The position numbers and the translations under genes were made by a program. DNA of 27,719 nucleotides from a virus (Duplodnaviria > Caudoviricetes), in IMG/VR virus record IMGVR_UViG_3300025600_000040, positions 1 to 27,719 of that record; one strand, 5' to 3'. Numbering within the stretch: the stretch's first letter is position 1; each line of letters begins with the position of its first letter. The notes under the pieces are model-generated. The model was given only the letters and a program-made list of their open reading frames with translations, was not told the DNA's origin and searched no databases. Below are positions 8,437 through 15,651 of this stretch, in pieces.

Positions 8437-8597
8437 TGCGCACCCCTCCATTTTGCTTCATCCAATAGCAATTGAAGCGCAATGCGAAATTCTTTTTTCT
8501 TGTCTGGCTTACAATGGTTGAATACGAAAACATTCAATACTGAAGACTGACCATTCGCAATCATACGAGTGGCTTCACTCAAAGTAGGGACTTCCAT
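8433..8597 (-). CDS. 54-aa hypothetical protein (not in ORF track)
   Basis: MEVPTLSEATRMIANG...AKWRGAQ; TAATG and ATGA overlaps; GGAGG upstream. Confidence 0.7.
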   Translation of the reverse strand: MEVPTLSEATRMIANGQSSVLNVFVFNHCKPDKKKEFRIALQLLLDEAKWRGAQ

Positions 8598-9256
8598 TAT
8601 GCCACCTCCTCGAAATACTTGCTGACGATATAGCCCAAGAAGTCCGTCTCTGTAGCGAACTCGACACCCTCTTTTGCGAGGCGACTGCGTTCTTCGCCAA
8701 GTTTTGCTGCCACTGGCTTTTCGAATTCGAACTTGACTTTCGTAGGGAAGAAATCAATTTGGGCAACCAGCGCAGCCTTTTTCGCATTGGCTGCGTCGAT
8801 GATGGCTTGGCCTTCTTCGCTCGGGTTCAGTTTGCGGGAGATATAACGGCCTGTTTTCATCACGCTGGGCAAGATCTCTTCCATTACCCATGCTTCGAAC
8901 TTCTTTGCTTCAGGCTTAGTGGAATGAGTAATCAAGCGAAGTACGTCTCCTTCACTGATCATCTTTACCCAGCGGTGCTGTTTTCCGTCATGGATCTTGA
9001 GTCTTACAACGTTCCGGCAATGACGATCGACGGCTTCTTCTGGCGCTTCGTAGCCAAGAACCTCGGCGATACGCTTGCCGAGTACCTGAATTCCGTTCTC
9101 CGTTTTGGTAAATCCAATCTCATTTGATTCCCAAACACGGTAATAAATGGACTTCTCAATACGGGCTTTATCAATGACAGGGACGGATACCTGAGTCGAG
9201 TATTCCTCGACCCAGGTGTCAGGGTTTGCCACTACAATGTCGGTGTTTTGGCTCAT
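8597..9256 (-). CDS. Bro-N domain protein (antirepressor-like)
   Basis: IAEVLGY..P..AV..HC, ISEGDV.RLI..S.KPEAKKFE.WV.EEILPS..KTG.Y. Confidence 0.9.
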   Translation of the reverse strand: MSQNTDIVVANPDTWVEEYSTQVSVPVIDKARIEKSIYYRVWESNEIGFTKTENGIQVLGKRIAEVLGYEAPEEAVDRHCRNVVRLKIHDGKQHRWVKMISEGDVLRLITHSTKPEAKKFEAWVMEEILPSVMKTGRYISRKLNPSEEGQAIIDAANAKKAALVAQIDFFPTKVKFEFEKPVAAKLGEERSRLAKEGVEFATETDFLGYIVSKYFEEVA

Positions 9257-9258
9257 GA

Positions 9259-9444
9259 TTAGGCGGCCTCCCCGTTAAGAAATCCCAGACTTTTTAGAAT
9301 GGGTTCCAACTGGCGGTTTGGGCGGTAGCCTGTGGCTACTTCCCTTATGTAGCAAGCGTTGTATGGCTTTCCTGCGAGTCTAGAAACCTCACGAGCTACG
9401 GCGATCCATGAGAATTTTGCGACTTGAAACCTTGGATTTATCAT
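9259..9444 (-). CDS. Cro/Ner-like small DNA-binding protein
   Basis: 61 aa, HTH-like; first gene of the early operon, divergent from the repressor; AGGAG Shine-Dalgarno before ATG 9444. Confidence 0.7.
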   Translation of the reverse strand: MINPRFQVAKFSWIAVAREVSRLAGKPYNACYIREVATGYRPNRQLEPILKSLGFLNGEAA

Positions 9445-9505
9445 AAAAAGACTCCTGCGTTTATTATGTTTCATGTAGTGGTGTCTTGTTACTACCACAT
9501 ACACT

Positions 9506-9534
9506 AATTTACAACCGAGTATTAAGATTGTCAA
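9506..9534 (-). promoter_or_regulatory. Sigma70-type early promoter (Pe equivalent)
   Basis: TTGACA-17 nt-TAAATT on the minus strand; imperfect palindrome at about 9474-9500 just downstream may be an operator. Confidence 0.75.
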
Positions 9535-9563
9535 GAGATAATTACAACTCAGGTGAAATTCCT

Positions 9564-10034
9564 TTGTCTGAACGTGTAAAGAAATTTGCGAAAGATCGCT
9601 ATGGAAGCATGAGTGGGCTCGCTAGAGAGATGGGCATTAGTCCCCAGCACTTGCACGCCTACCTTAGTGGAGGGAAAACTTGGGGTGCAGCTTTCACGAA
9701 TAAGCTTGCTTCTGCAGGCTTTGAAACTCAGGACGTTCAAAGTAATTCAACCCCAGTAGTAAGTGCGCTGAAGTTGGATTCTGAAGAAATCCCACCAATT
9801 GACTTGGCGGGTATTGTCGAGCTTACGCGTACTCAGTTTCCACGCCTTGCGCAGCTTCTTGGCGTGCCTCAAGAGCTGATGCAAGATTGGTATGCACGTC
9901 GGTCAGCGCCAAGCCCTACGCAGGTAGCTCGACTGTTTAATCTGACTATTGCTCTTGCCCTTGCTGCGCAATCAGCGAACCATGAAAAGAAGATTGCCGA
10001 GTCCTATGGCGAACAAGCCAGGAAGTCGGCTTGA
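9564..10034 (+). CDS. Phage repressor-like protein with two XRE-type HTH domains
   Basis: HTH1 MSGLAREMGISPQHLHAYLSG; HTH2 FPRLAQLLGVPQELMQDWYARRSAP. TTG at 9564 with AGGTG upstream; ORF is open from 9486. Confidence 0.75.
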   Translation: MSERVKKFAKDRYGSMSGLAREMGISPQHLHAYLSGGKTWGAAFTNKLASAGFETQDVQSNSTPVVSALKLDSEEIPPIDLAGIVELTRTQFPRLAQLLGVPQELMQDWYARRSAPSPTQVARLFNLTIALALAAQSANHEKKIAESYGEQARKSA

Positions 10035-10062
10035 AATTTGTTTGAAGAGTGAATTAACAATA
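9989..10062 (+). repeat. 74-bp direct repeat, copy 1 (repressor 3' end plus spacer)
   Basis: 66/74 identical, ungapped, to 11072-11145. Confidence 0.92.
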
Positions 10063-10077
10063 GACCCGGGAGAGGGA

Positions 10078-10611
10078 GTGAAAATCGAAAAATACATGTG
10101 TGTTATAGGCTTGCTTGTTCTGCTTGTTTCATGTAGTGACTCACCAAAGAAAGAATCCGCAGCGCCTATAACCGAAAATACTGCAACAAGTACTCCAGCA
10201 GAAAGCAATGTGCCACCTCCACAGAACCTTCGTAATTCAATGTCATATCCATCAGGATTGCAAACTCAGAAGGCGAATAAATTGCTTTCTCGATTAGGCA
10301 TTCGTGCGAATACTGAATATGAGTATATCGCGTTTTCTGATTTTAAAACGGCTCATCAGATTGGTGCTGGAGGGCAATTTGAATACCTAAAATGTGCGAT
10401 TCCACATGATACTACGAATCCTGGGAGTATCTATGAAGCTTCATCGCAAATGAAGGATATGGGAACATATTGGGAAGTCTATTACTATAAGGATCTTAAC
10501 CAAACATGGATGACTGAGGTGAAAAATAGCCCTGATCGTTCGACGTCTTCGGTTAGGATTTTGAAGGTGGTAAAAGGAAGGGATCCCGACCTCAATATAT
10601 TGTGGGAATAA
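10078..10611 (+). CDS. Lipoprotein 1, unknown function
   Basis: GTG start after GGAGAGGGA; signal peptide ending LVS-C; S/T/P-rich linker. Confidence 0.85.
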   Translation: MKIEKYMCVIGLLVLLVSCSDSPKKESAAPITENTATSTPAESNVPPPQNLRNSMSYPSGLQTQKANKLLSRLGIRANTEYEYIAFSDFKTAHQIGAGGQFEYLKCAIPHDTTNPGSIYEASSQMKDMGTYWEVYYYKDLNQTWMTEVKNSPDRSTSSVRILKVVKGRDPDLNILWE

Positions 10612-10649
10612 TGCTTCAATTGATTTAAGCAATCAAGATAGGAGAGGGA

Positions 10650-11060
10650 ATGAAAATCGAAAAAATTTTGTTTGGGATAAGCATTGTTGCGATGCTTGTT
10701 TCTTGTGGTGACTCACCAAAAAAAGAGGTAGTGGTGCCACCTGAATATACAGGAACATTTCAGAAAGCGTCTATTGCATGTCCAGGCTTCAATCCTTCCG
10801 CAAGTGAAATCACAATTGGCGCACCGACAGTCGGTGGAATCTACTATGATGGAGAATTCCACTATGCACTAAAAGGTTTTTCCATTGAGATCACTGGACT
10901 GCTGAGCTATGCTCCAACGGCTCATGGCAATCATTGCGAATACTATTTGACGCAAAATGAAGATCGTGTAGTCACGATTAAAGATGCATGCGCTTCACTG
11001 TGTAAGGGTGAAGCGATAAATACAGAAGGCAATAATTTTGAAGCGAAGCTTGCAAAGTGA
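10650..11060 (+). CDS. Lipoprotein 2, unknown function (four Cys in mature part)
   Basis: MKIEK...MLVS-CGDSPKKE; leader paralogous to lipoprotein 1 (10641-10726 vs 10069-10154). Confidence 0.87.
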   Translation: MKIEKILFGISIVAMLVSCGDSPKKEVVVPPEYTGTFQKASIACPGFNPSASEITIGAPTVGGIYYDGEFHYALKGFSIEITGLLSYAPTAHGNHCEYYLTQNEDRVVTIKDACASLCKGEAINTEGNNFEAKLAK

Positions 11061-11071
11061 GAAATGGGAAT

Positions 11072-11145
11072 GAAGACTGCTGAGTCCTATGGCAAACCAG
11101 CCAGGAAGTTGGCTTGAATTTTATTTGAAGTGTGAATTAACAATA
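11072..11145 (+). repeat. 74-bp direct repeat, copy 2
   Basis: 66/74 identical to 9989-10062. Confidence 0.92.
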
Positions 11146-11159
11146 ATCAGGAGATAGAA

Positions 11160-11351
11160 ATGTCAACACCAAGATGCCCTAAATGTGATCATACGTCTTT
11201 TCAAATGACAGAGATTTCACCTGAAAGATCGGCATTCAAATTGATGGCTGTGCATTGTAGTGGATGCGGTACAATCGTGGGAACAATGGACTATTACAAC
11301 ATAGGTACATTGCTCCACAAGATTGCAAAGAAAATAGGGGTCAGTCTCTAG
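11160..11351 (+). CDS. Small Zn-ribbon protein
   Basis: CPKC...CSGC; AGGAG Shine-Dalgarno. Confidence 0.8.
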   Translation: MSTPRCPKCDHTSFQMTEISPERSAFKLMAVHCSGCGTIVGTMDYYNIGTLLHKIAKKIGVSL

Positions 11352-11688
11352 TTCTGCTCTCGCAAAACAAGGGCTTTGCGCCAGGGACAACAGACGAGGT
11401 TGGCTCTTTTCTTGAGGCTCGTTTCAGTTTATTTTCGGCTCGCCATTTTTCCGCTCTTTCAAATACAATGCCATTGGCAATAAGAATTTCAACCGACGGA
11501 TTGTTCTCGGGCATTCCAGAAACAATCGTGGACATTCTAATAATGCGCATGACCTCTTCAAGTGTGTTGAATGCTGCACTGATTGATTTTCCATCAAGAA
11601 GCGCGATGATTTTGAGGACTATGTCGATGTCGGTATCAGTACTTGGGTACGGATCCCGCATCTTCTCCATGCGTGTTTCGTTTTCCAT
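11341..11688 (-). CDS. Hypothetical protein
   Basis: AAGGAGA Shine-Dalgarno; third gene of a leftward mini-operon. Confidence 0.7.
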   Translation of the reverse strand: MENETRMEKMRDPYPSTDTDIDIVLKIIALLDGKSISAAFNTLEEVMRIIRMSTIVSGMPENNPSVEILIANGIVFERAEKWRAENKLKRASRKEPTSSVVPGAKPLFCESRTRD

Positions 11689-11702
11689 TCTTTCTCCTTG
11701 TG

Positions 11703-12179
11703 TTATTGTAACTCAAATGGCGACACGATTACGCGTGGTTCCACATAAACAGGGCGCGTCTTCTTGGTTGTTTTATCTAGGCACATTACCCATGTTCCTT
11801 CCGCAGACGATGGCGAGAATAGCCCGTTCGGATCAGCCTGTGGCATTGTTCCACCCTGTGCGATTTCCTTCGCTGGATTCGTATACTGCGTGGCTGCAGG
11901 GATTCCGTATCCGATAGAGACGCAAAGCAGCTGCCCGACTTTGCCTGTCTGCTCAGAAACCAAGTAGGTGTATGTAGTCAAACCATCCTGGTCTCGCAGT
12001 TCAATAATATCCTTGAGCAGCTTCCGCTCCCGAAAATTCTTAATTGCAGGCATCCCCGTTTGTGCCGTTCCTTCGGCAAGGGTTTTTTCTTGTTGCATCC
12101 TCTGGACTTGATCGGACGATGGCTCTAGGCACGATACTAGCATCATGGATGCAAGCATTAGGACGATGATCTTGTTCAT
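11703..12179 (-). CDS. Phage lipoprotein, unknown function
   Basis: Lipobox LVS-C; motifs SIGYGIPAATQYTNP and PQADPNGLFSPSSAEGTWVMC. Confidence 0.85.
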   Translation of the reverse strand: MNKIIVLMLASMMLVSCLEPSSDQVQRMQQEKTLAEGTAQTGMPAIKNFRERKLLKDIIELRDQDGLTTYTYLVSEQTGKVGQLLCVSIGYGIPAATQYTNPAKEIAQGGTMPQADPNGLFSPSSAEGTWVMCLDKTTKKTRPVYVEPRVIVSPFELQ

Positions 12180-12490
12180 GGTAACTCCTTGATGAATTGA
12201 TTGAGGTCTGTTGGAATTTCTGATTCTGGAATGCTTAAGGCTCTGTGCCGGATGATGGATGCCAGCGCGGCCTTGTGGTCTTTATTGGCTTGGATGTAAT
12301 CAAAGCGCATGTTTTCAAGTTCCTGTACCATGCCGTCACGGAACGCTTTTGATTGCTCGAAGGTTTCTCTGCGGACTTGCTCCCGTTTTGGCGCAAAGTA
12401 ACTGGAAACGGCAAGATCGTTGAATGCCAGAATCCACCCAATGCCAAGTAGCACAAGAATGATGAGCGGAAGGATTAATAGTTGTTTCAT
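12176..12490 (-). CDS. N-terminal TM plus helical protein, coupled to the lipoprotein
   Basis: Hydrophobic residues 4-23, charged helical remainder, GGAG Shine-Dalgarno, ATGA overlap. Confidence 0.85.
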   Translation of the reverse strand: MKQLLILPLIILVLLGIGWILAFNDLAVSSYFAPKREQVRRETFEQSKAFRDGMVQELENMRFDYIQANKDHKAALASIIRHRALSIPESEIPTDLNQFIKELP

Positions 12491-12622
12491 GTTGTCTCCA
12501 AATGAAGTGTGCTTGTTTATACAAAGCTAGACCGGATAGCGTGCAAATCTGTGGTGACTTTTTCCACATGGATTGCCGTGGATCGCATTGTTTTAGCTAT
12601 TTGTGTTTTGTAGCTTGCGGCC

Positions 12623-13423
12623 ATGCACGTTGAAAAACCTACGATCAAGACTCCCATTACCTATTACGGTGGCAAGCAGCGGCTCTGCAAGACCATCACT
12701 GCAATGATCCCCGAACATACACTCTACGCCGAGCCCTTCTTGGGTGGCGCAGCAGTGTTCTTCGCTAAGTCCAAAAGCGAAGTAGAGGTGATCAACGACA
12801 CCAACAAAGAACTGATAAACTTCTACCGTACCGTGCAAATGGATTTTGTTTCTCTGGAAATGGAGATCCGGATCAGTCTGCATAGCCGCGACATGCACCG
12901 TCAAGCCAGCGTGGTATACAATAACCCCGACATGTTCAACCCGATCAAGCGTGCGTGGGCGGTATGGGTACTTGCCCATATGAGTTTCAGTTCGATCTTG
13001 GATGGCTCCTTTGGCTACGACAAGGCAAAAGGAACGACTAGCCGTAAGATCATGAATGCGCGCGACGGATTCACTGAGGCGCTCGCAATACGCCTTCAGG
13101 ATGTGCAAATTGAATGCACGGATGCACTGCGCATCATCACAAGCAGAGATACTGCAGGATCATTCTTCTACGTCGATCCACCATACTTCAATGCCGACTG
13201 CGGTCACTACGACGGCTATTCGAAAGAGGACTTTGAAGTCCTGTTGAAGGTACTTTCAAAAATCACGGGTAAGTTTTTATTGAGCAGCTATCCGTCCGAC
13301 ATCCTGGCTCAATATGTTTCTGAATTTGGATGGAAACAGAAGACAATTGAGTCTGCGGTATCTGTCAATAAAGGTGGCGCAAACGGCAAGCGCAAGACCG
13401 AAGTATTGACCTGGAATTATTGA
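12623..13423 (+). CDS. dam: DNA adenine methyltransferase (Dam/D12 class); specificity unknown
   Basis: YYGGK, EPFLGGAAV, VINDTN, FFYVDPPY motifs. Confidence 0.95.
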   Translation: MHVEKPTIKTPITYYGGKQRLCKTITAMIPEHTLYAEPFLGGAAVFFAKSKSEVEVINDTNKELINFYRTVQMDFVSLEMEIRISLHSRDMHRQASVVYNNPDMFNPIKRAWAVWVLAHMSFSSILDGSFGYDKAKGTTSRKIMNARDGFTEALAIRLQDVQIECTDALRIITSRDTAGSFFYVDPPYFNADCGHYDGYSKEDFEVLLKVLSKITGKFLLSSYPSDILAQYVSEFGWKQKTIESAVSVNKGGANGKRKTEVLTWNY

Positions 13424-13476
13424 CATCTAAAATCGCACCTATTCAAGAATCGCTAAAAATCGTATATTCTCAGTAT

Positions 13477-13788
13477 ATGGGAGTTCGCGAAGTAGCAAAC
13501 GAAATGAGTGTTGATGATCTGCCTGGTCAGCTTCCGGTAATGGCCGAGGTCATTGGCATGGAGCTCACGCTTGCGATCTGGTTGCGGTTTTCTGGGCATG
13601 GCCTACGCTTTCCGAGTAAATTGCCTAGCGCGTTCTGCGCTCGGTATATCCGCAATAATTACAATGGGTCAAATGCTTTCAAGATCGCCAAAGATCTAGG
13701 CATTGGTGATAAGACATTCCGAAATCTGCTTAACAAAAAGGGACACTTCGGGCAGACTGACTTATTCAAAGCAAGTTCCCAGTCATAA
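13477..13788 (+). CDS. mor: Mor/C family transcription activator
   Basis: DDLP...MAEVIG.E....FSG..L.FP plus C-terminal HTH YNGSNAFKIAKDLGI. ATG 13477 preferred; ORF is open from 13420. Confidence 0.85.
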   Translation: MGVREVANEMSVDDLPGQLPVMAEVIGMELTLAIWLRFSGHGLRFPSKLPSAFCARYIRNNYNGSNAFKIAKDLGIGDKTFRNLLNKKGHFGQTDLFKASSQS

Positions 13789-14293
13789 AGTCAAGGATAA
13801 TTTCCTTGGAGATTTCAATATCTTGATCTTGTGCAATAAGGTAAGGTCGTGCGGGGAGTGTCACTCGGCTCCCTTTACGGCCAGCCTCACCGCCAAATTG
13901 GTGGATCCGTGCATAAGGCTTGTTGTCGGGGCCTACGCTCACGCTCTCATTCTCGGCCTCTGCATGGATGCTTCCCATCAGTCCGCCTCGCATGCCAAGG
14001 CCTACCAACACTCTTCGCGCGGCCTGCCGCTTCGCTGCCCTGGCGTTCAGTGTCTTGGTCTTGCGTCGTTTATCGTAGTCCTTGCTGCTCAGTGAACCTT
14101 GAATTGTTGCCGCGCTCAGTGGAGCCCACTTCTCCGGTCGCCCGCCTTCGTCGAAGTTGCGCCGAATGCTATTGGCAAGGACGTTTCCAATTGTAAGCAT
14201 AGCAGGGCGCATGTTACCGGACTTGGCCTTTAAGTCAGCAAGTAGTTTCTTTAGGTGAGAGTCGTCAACGTCAATGAAGAATGTATTTGCCAT
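13766..14293 (-). CDS. Virion morphogenesis protein (Mu gpG family)
   Basis: NF...GRP..W.PLS..T, YARIHQFGG, LPARPYL motifs. Confidence 0.92.
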   Translation of the reverse strand: MANTFFIDVDDSHLKKLLADLKAKSGNMRPAMLTIGNVLANSIRRNFDEGGRPEKWAPLSAATIQGSLSSKDYDKRRKTKTLNARAAKRQAARRVLVGLGMRGGLMGSIHAEAENESVSVGPDNKPYARIHQFGGEAGRKGSRVTLPARPYLIAQDQDIEISKEIILDFMTGNLL

Positions 14294-14294
14294 G

Positions 14295-14323
14295 TTGCAA
14301 CCTGCGCGTAATCAGGGTATATT
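14295..14323 (+). promoter_or_regulatory. Sigma70-type promoter for a small RNA, opposite to the packaging operon
   Basis: TTGCAA (14295-14300)-17 nt-TATATT (14318-14323). Confidence 0.65.
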
Positions 14324-14329
14324 TAGGGT

Positions 14330-14435
14330 AGAGGGAGATCATTAGGCGCACCGGCTGTTTGATTGATCTCTCAGGGTTGTTTATGTGGTGCACATAGCCA
14401 ACCGACCGGGCCCCGTCAAGGGGCCTCCTTTTTTT
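14330..14435 (+). ncRNA. Putative structured small RNA convergent on the MuF-nuclease gene
   Basis: Hairpin 14333-14372, hairpin 14375-14403, loop-loop complementarity GCACC/GGTGC, terminator 14408-14435. Confidence 0.6.
14408..14435 (+). terminator. Intrinsic terminator overlapping the MuF stop codon on the opposite strand
   Basis: GGGCCCC-GTCAA-GGGGCCT-CC-TTTTTTT. Confidence 0.8.
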
Positions 14436-15651
14436 GGTGGAGCAGGAATCCAGTACGCTGCTGATTAAATTCCTTCATATTCATACGGTATGCTGTCCAG
14501 CTGATGAATTCTCCTTTCTGCGCATCGAATACGATGATCACCGGCTTGCTCTCCCCAGCCTCCTGAAACAGCTTAAAGAACCTTGCGCGTATGGCAACCT
14601 TCCCCGTGGCGCTTTCCATGAACAACAGGCGTATTTCATCTGGATTCACCATTGCCGAGATGATTGCATTGAGTTGCGCTTGGCGGTCAACTTTTGCAAC
14701 GTTATTGAAGTGCCGGGCAAGCGACTGTGAATCTACATTGAACGCGTAGGTGAAGTCACCCATTGGAATCATGACCTTCCGGGTAGGGATCTGTTCATCT
14801 AGTTTCTTGTCGATAGCATCCTTGATTTCCTGTTCAGTCGAAAGAATTGCCTTGGCTGGTTTGGGCAGTGGATGAATCGGCAGAGTTGGTTTTTCTGGAT
14901 TATTGAGAAATCCTTGTTGTGGAATTTCTGTCCATACCTTCGCGGCAACAGGAGGGTTCGGCTTTCCGTTCGCTGCATCGCCTGGGTTGTAGTTCCATCC
15001 AGGATCAATGCCTTTCTGGATTTGCGTGACCTCACCCGTCGTGCGGTCGATATGTTCTACTGTTGGGTCTGAGGGTGCCTTGTCGGATATGGGGATCCCG
15101 AGCGCCCTTGCATCATACTTGCTGACGGCTTCTTTACGGCACCTGCAGCGCCAACCGTTCGGCGGGGTATGGGTACTCCACCAAGGATCATCGAGCGGAA
15201 GAATGGTATTGTGCCAGGCGCGGTGCTCGGGACGTTCCAGTCCATCCATCATGCAGATGTAGCGACCGTATGGAAACAACTTGCGGTGCACGGGATCCTG
15301 CATCTGCCGTTCGCGCCCTGCGGCGTGAGCTACAGCGAGGTTGGTGCTGTAGATGATCTCGGAGCGCCAGTTGCGCGTGCCATTATGCTGCCATCCTGTC
15401 TTCGCGACGATGGAGTCAAAGTCCTTGCGGAACTGCTGCAAGGTCTTGCCTTCGGCGATTGCGCCATCCACGGCCTTGCGGAAGTCGCAAAGAATATCTT
15501 CGCGCATCACGCCCGCCACAACGAACGCCTTGGCATGCATCTGGCCCTGCAAGTCCCGCCACGACTCGGTGGGGAGGTTCACCTTCGCGCGGAAATAGTC
15601 CACGGCCTCCTTGAACGGAGTCGTTCCAAGCTGAACAGTGGCCTTGGTCAT
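14416..15651 (-). CDS. MuF (gpF/gp30) minor head protein with C-terminal PBECR2-like nuclease domain
   Basis: MuF motifs AFVVAG, RPEH..WH, PPNGWRCRC, IDPGW.YNPG; Pro-rich linker; C-terminal NPDEI...WTAY...QRTG.LL pattern recalled for PBECR2. Confidence 0.88.
   Translation of the reverse strand: MTKATVQLGTTPFKEAVDYFRAKVNLPTESWRDLQGQMHAKAFVVAGVMREDILCDFRKAVDGAIAEGKTLQQFRKDFDSIVAKTGWQHNGTRNWRSEIIYSTNLAVAHAAGRERQMQDPVHRKLFPYGRYICMMDGLERPEHRAWHNTILPLDDPWWSTHTPPNGWRCRCRKEAVSKYDARALGIPISDKAPSDPTVEHIDRTTGEVTQIQKGIDPGWNYNPGDAANGKPNPPVAAKVWTEIPQQGFLNNPEKPTLPIHPLPKPAKAILSTEQEIKDAIDKKLDEQIPTRKVMIPMGDFTYAFNVDSQSLARHFNNVAKVDRQAQLNAIISAMVNPDEIRLLFMESATGKVAIRARFFKLFQEAGESKPVIIVFDAQKGEFISWTAYRMNMKEFNQQRTGFLLHQKKEAP

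Noticed and set aside
9949-10077. N-terminal 43 aa of the 220-aa ORF
   Set aside because: Overlaps the repressor; GTG 10078 has a Shine-Dalgarno and matches the paralogous lipoprotein start.
9989-11145. CRISPR array, integron attC or DGR template/variable repeat interpretation of the repeats
   Set aside because: Only two copies 1.1 kb apart, mismatches not restricted to adenines, and no cas, integron integrase or reverse transcriptase gene.
11264-11917. 217-aa + strand ORF
   Set aside because: Antisense shadow of two better-supported minus-strand genes; no recognisable motif.
12550-12568. TGTGG-N9-CCACA palindrome as a CRP-like site
   Set aside because: Arms are only 5 bp with mismatches to the consensus; could arise by chance.
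13703-14196. + strand ORFs (130 and 115 aa) as a MuF immunity protein
   Set aside because: They lie antisense within gpG, with no Shine-Dalgarno and atypical composition.
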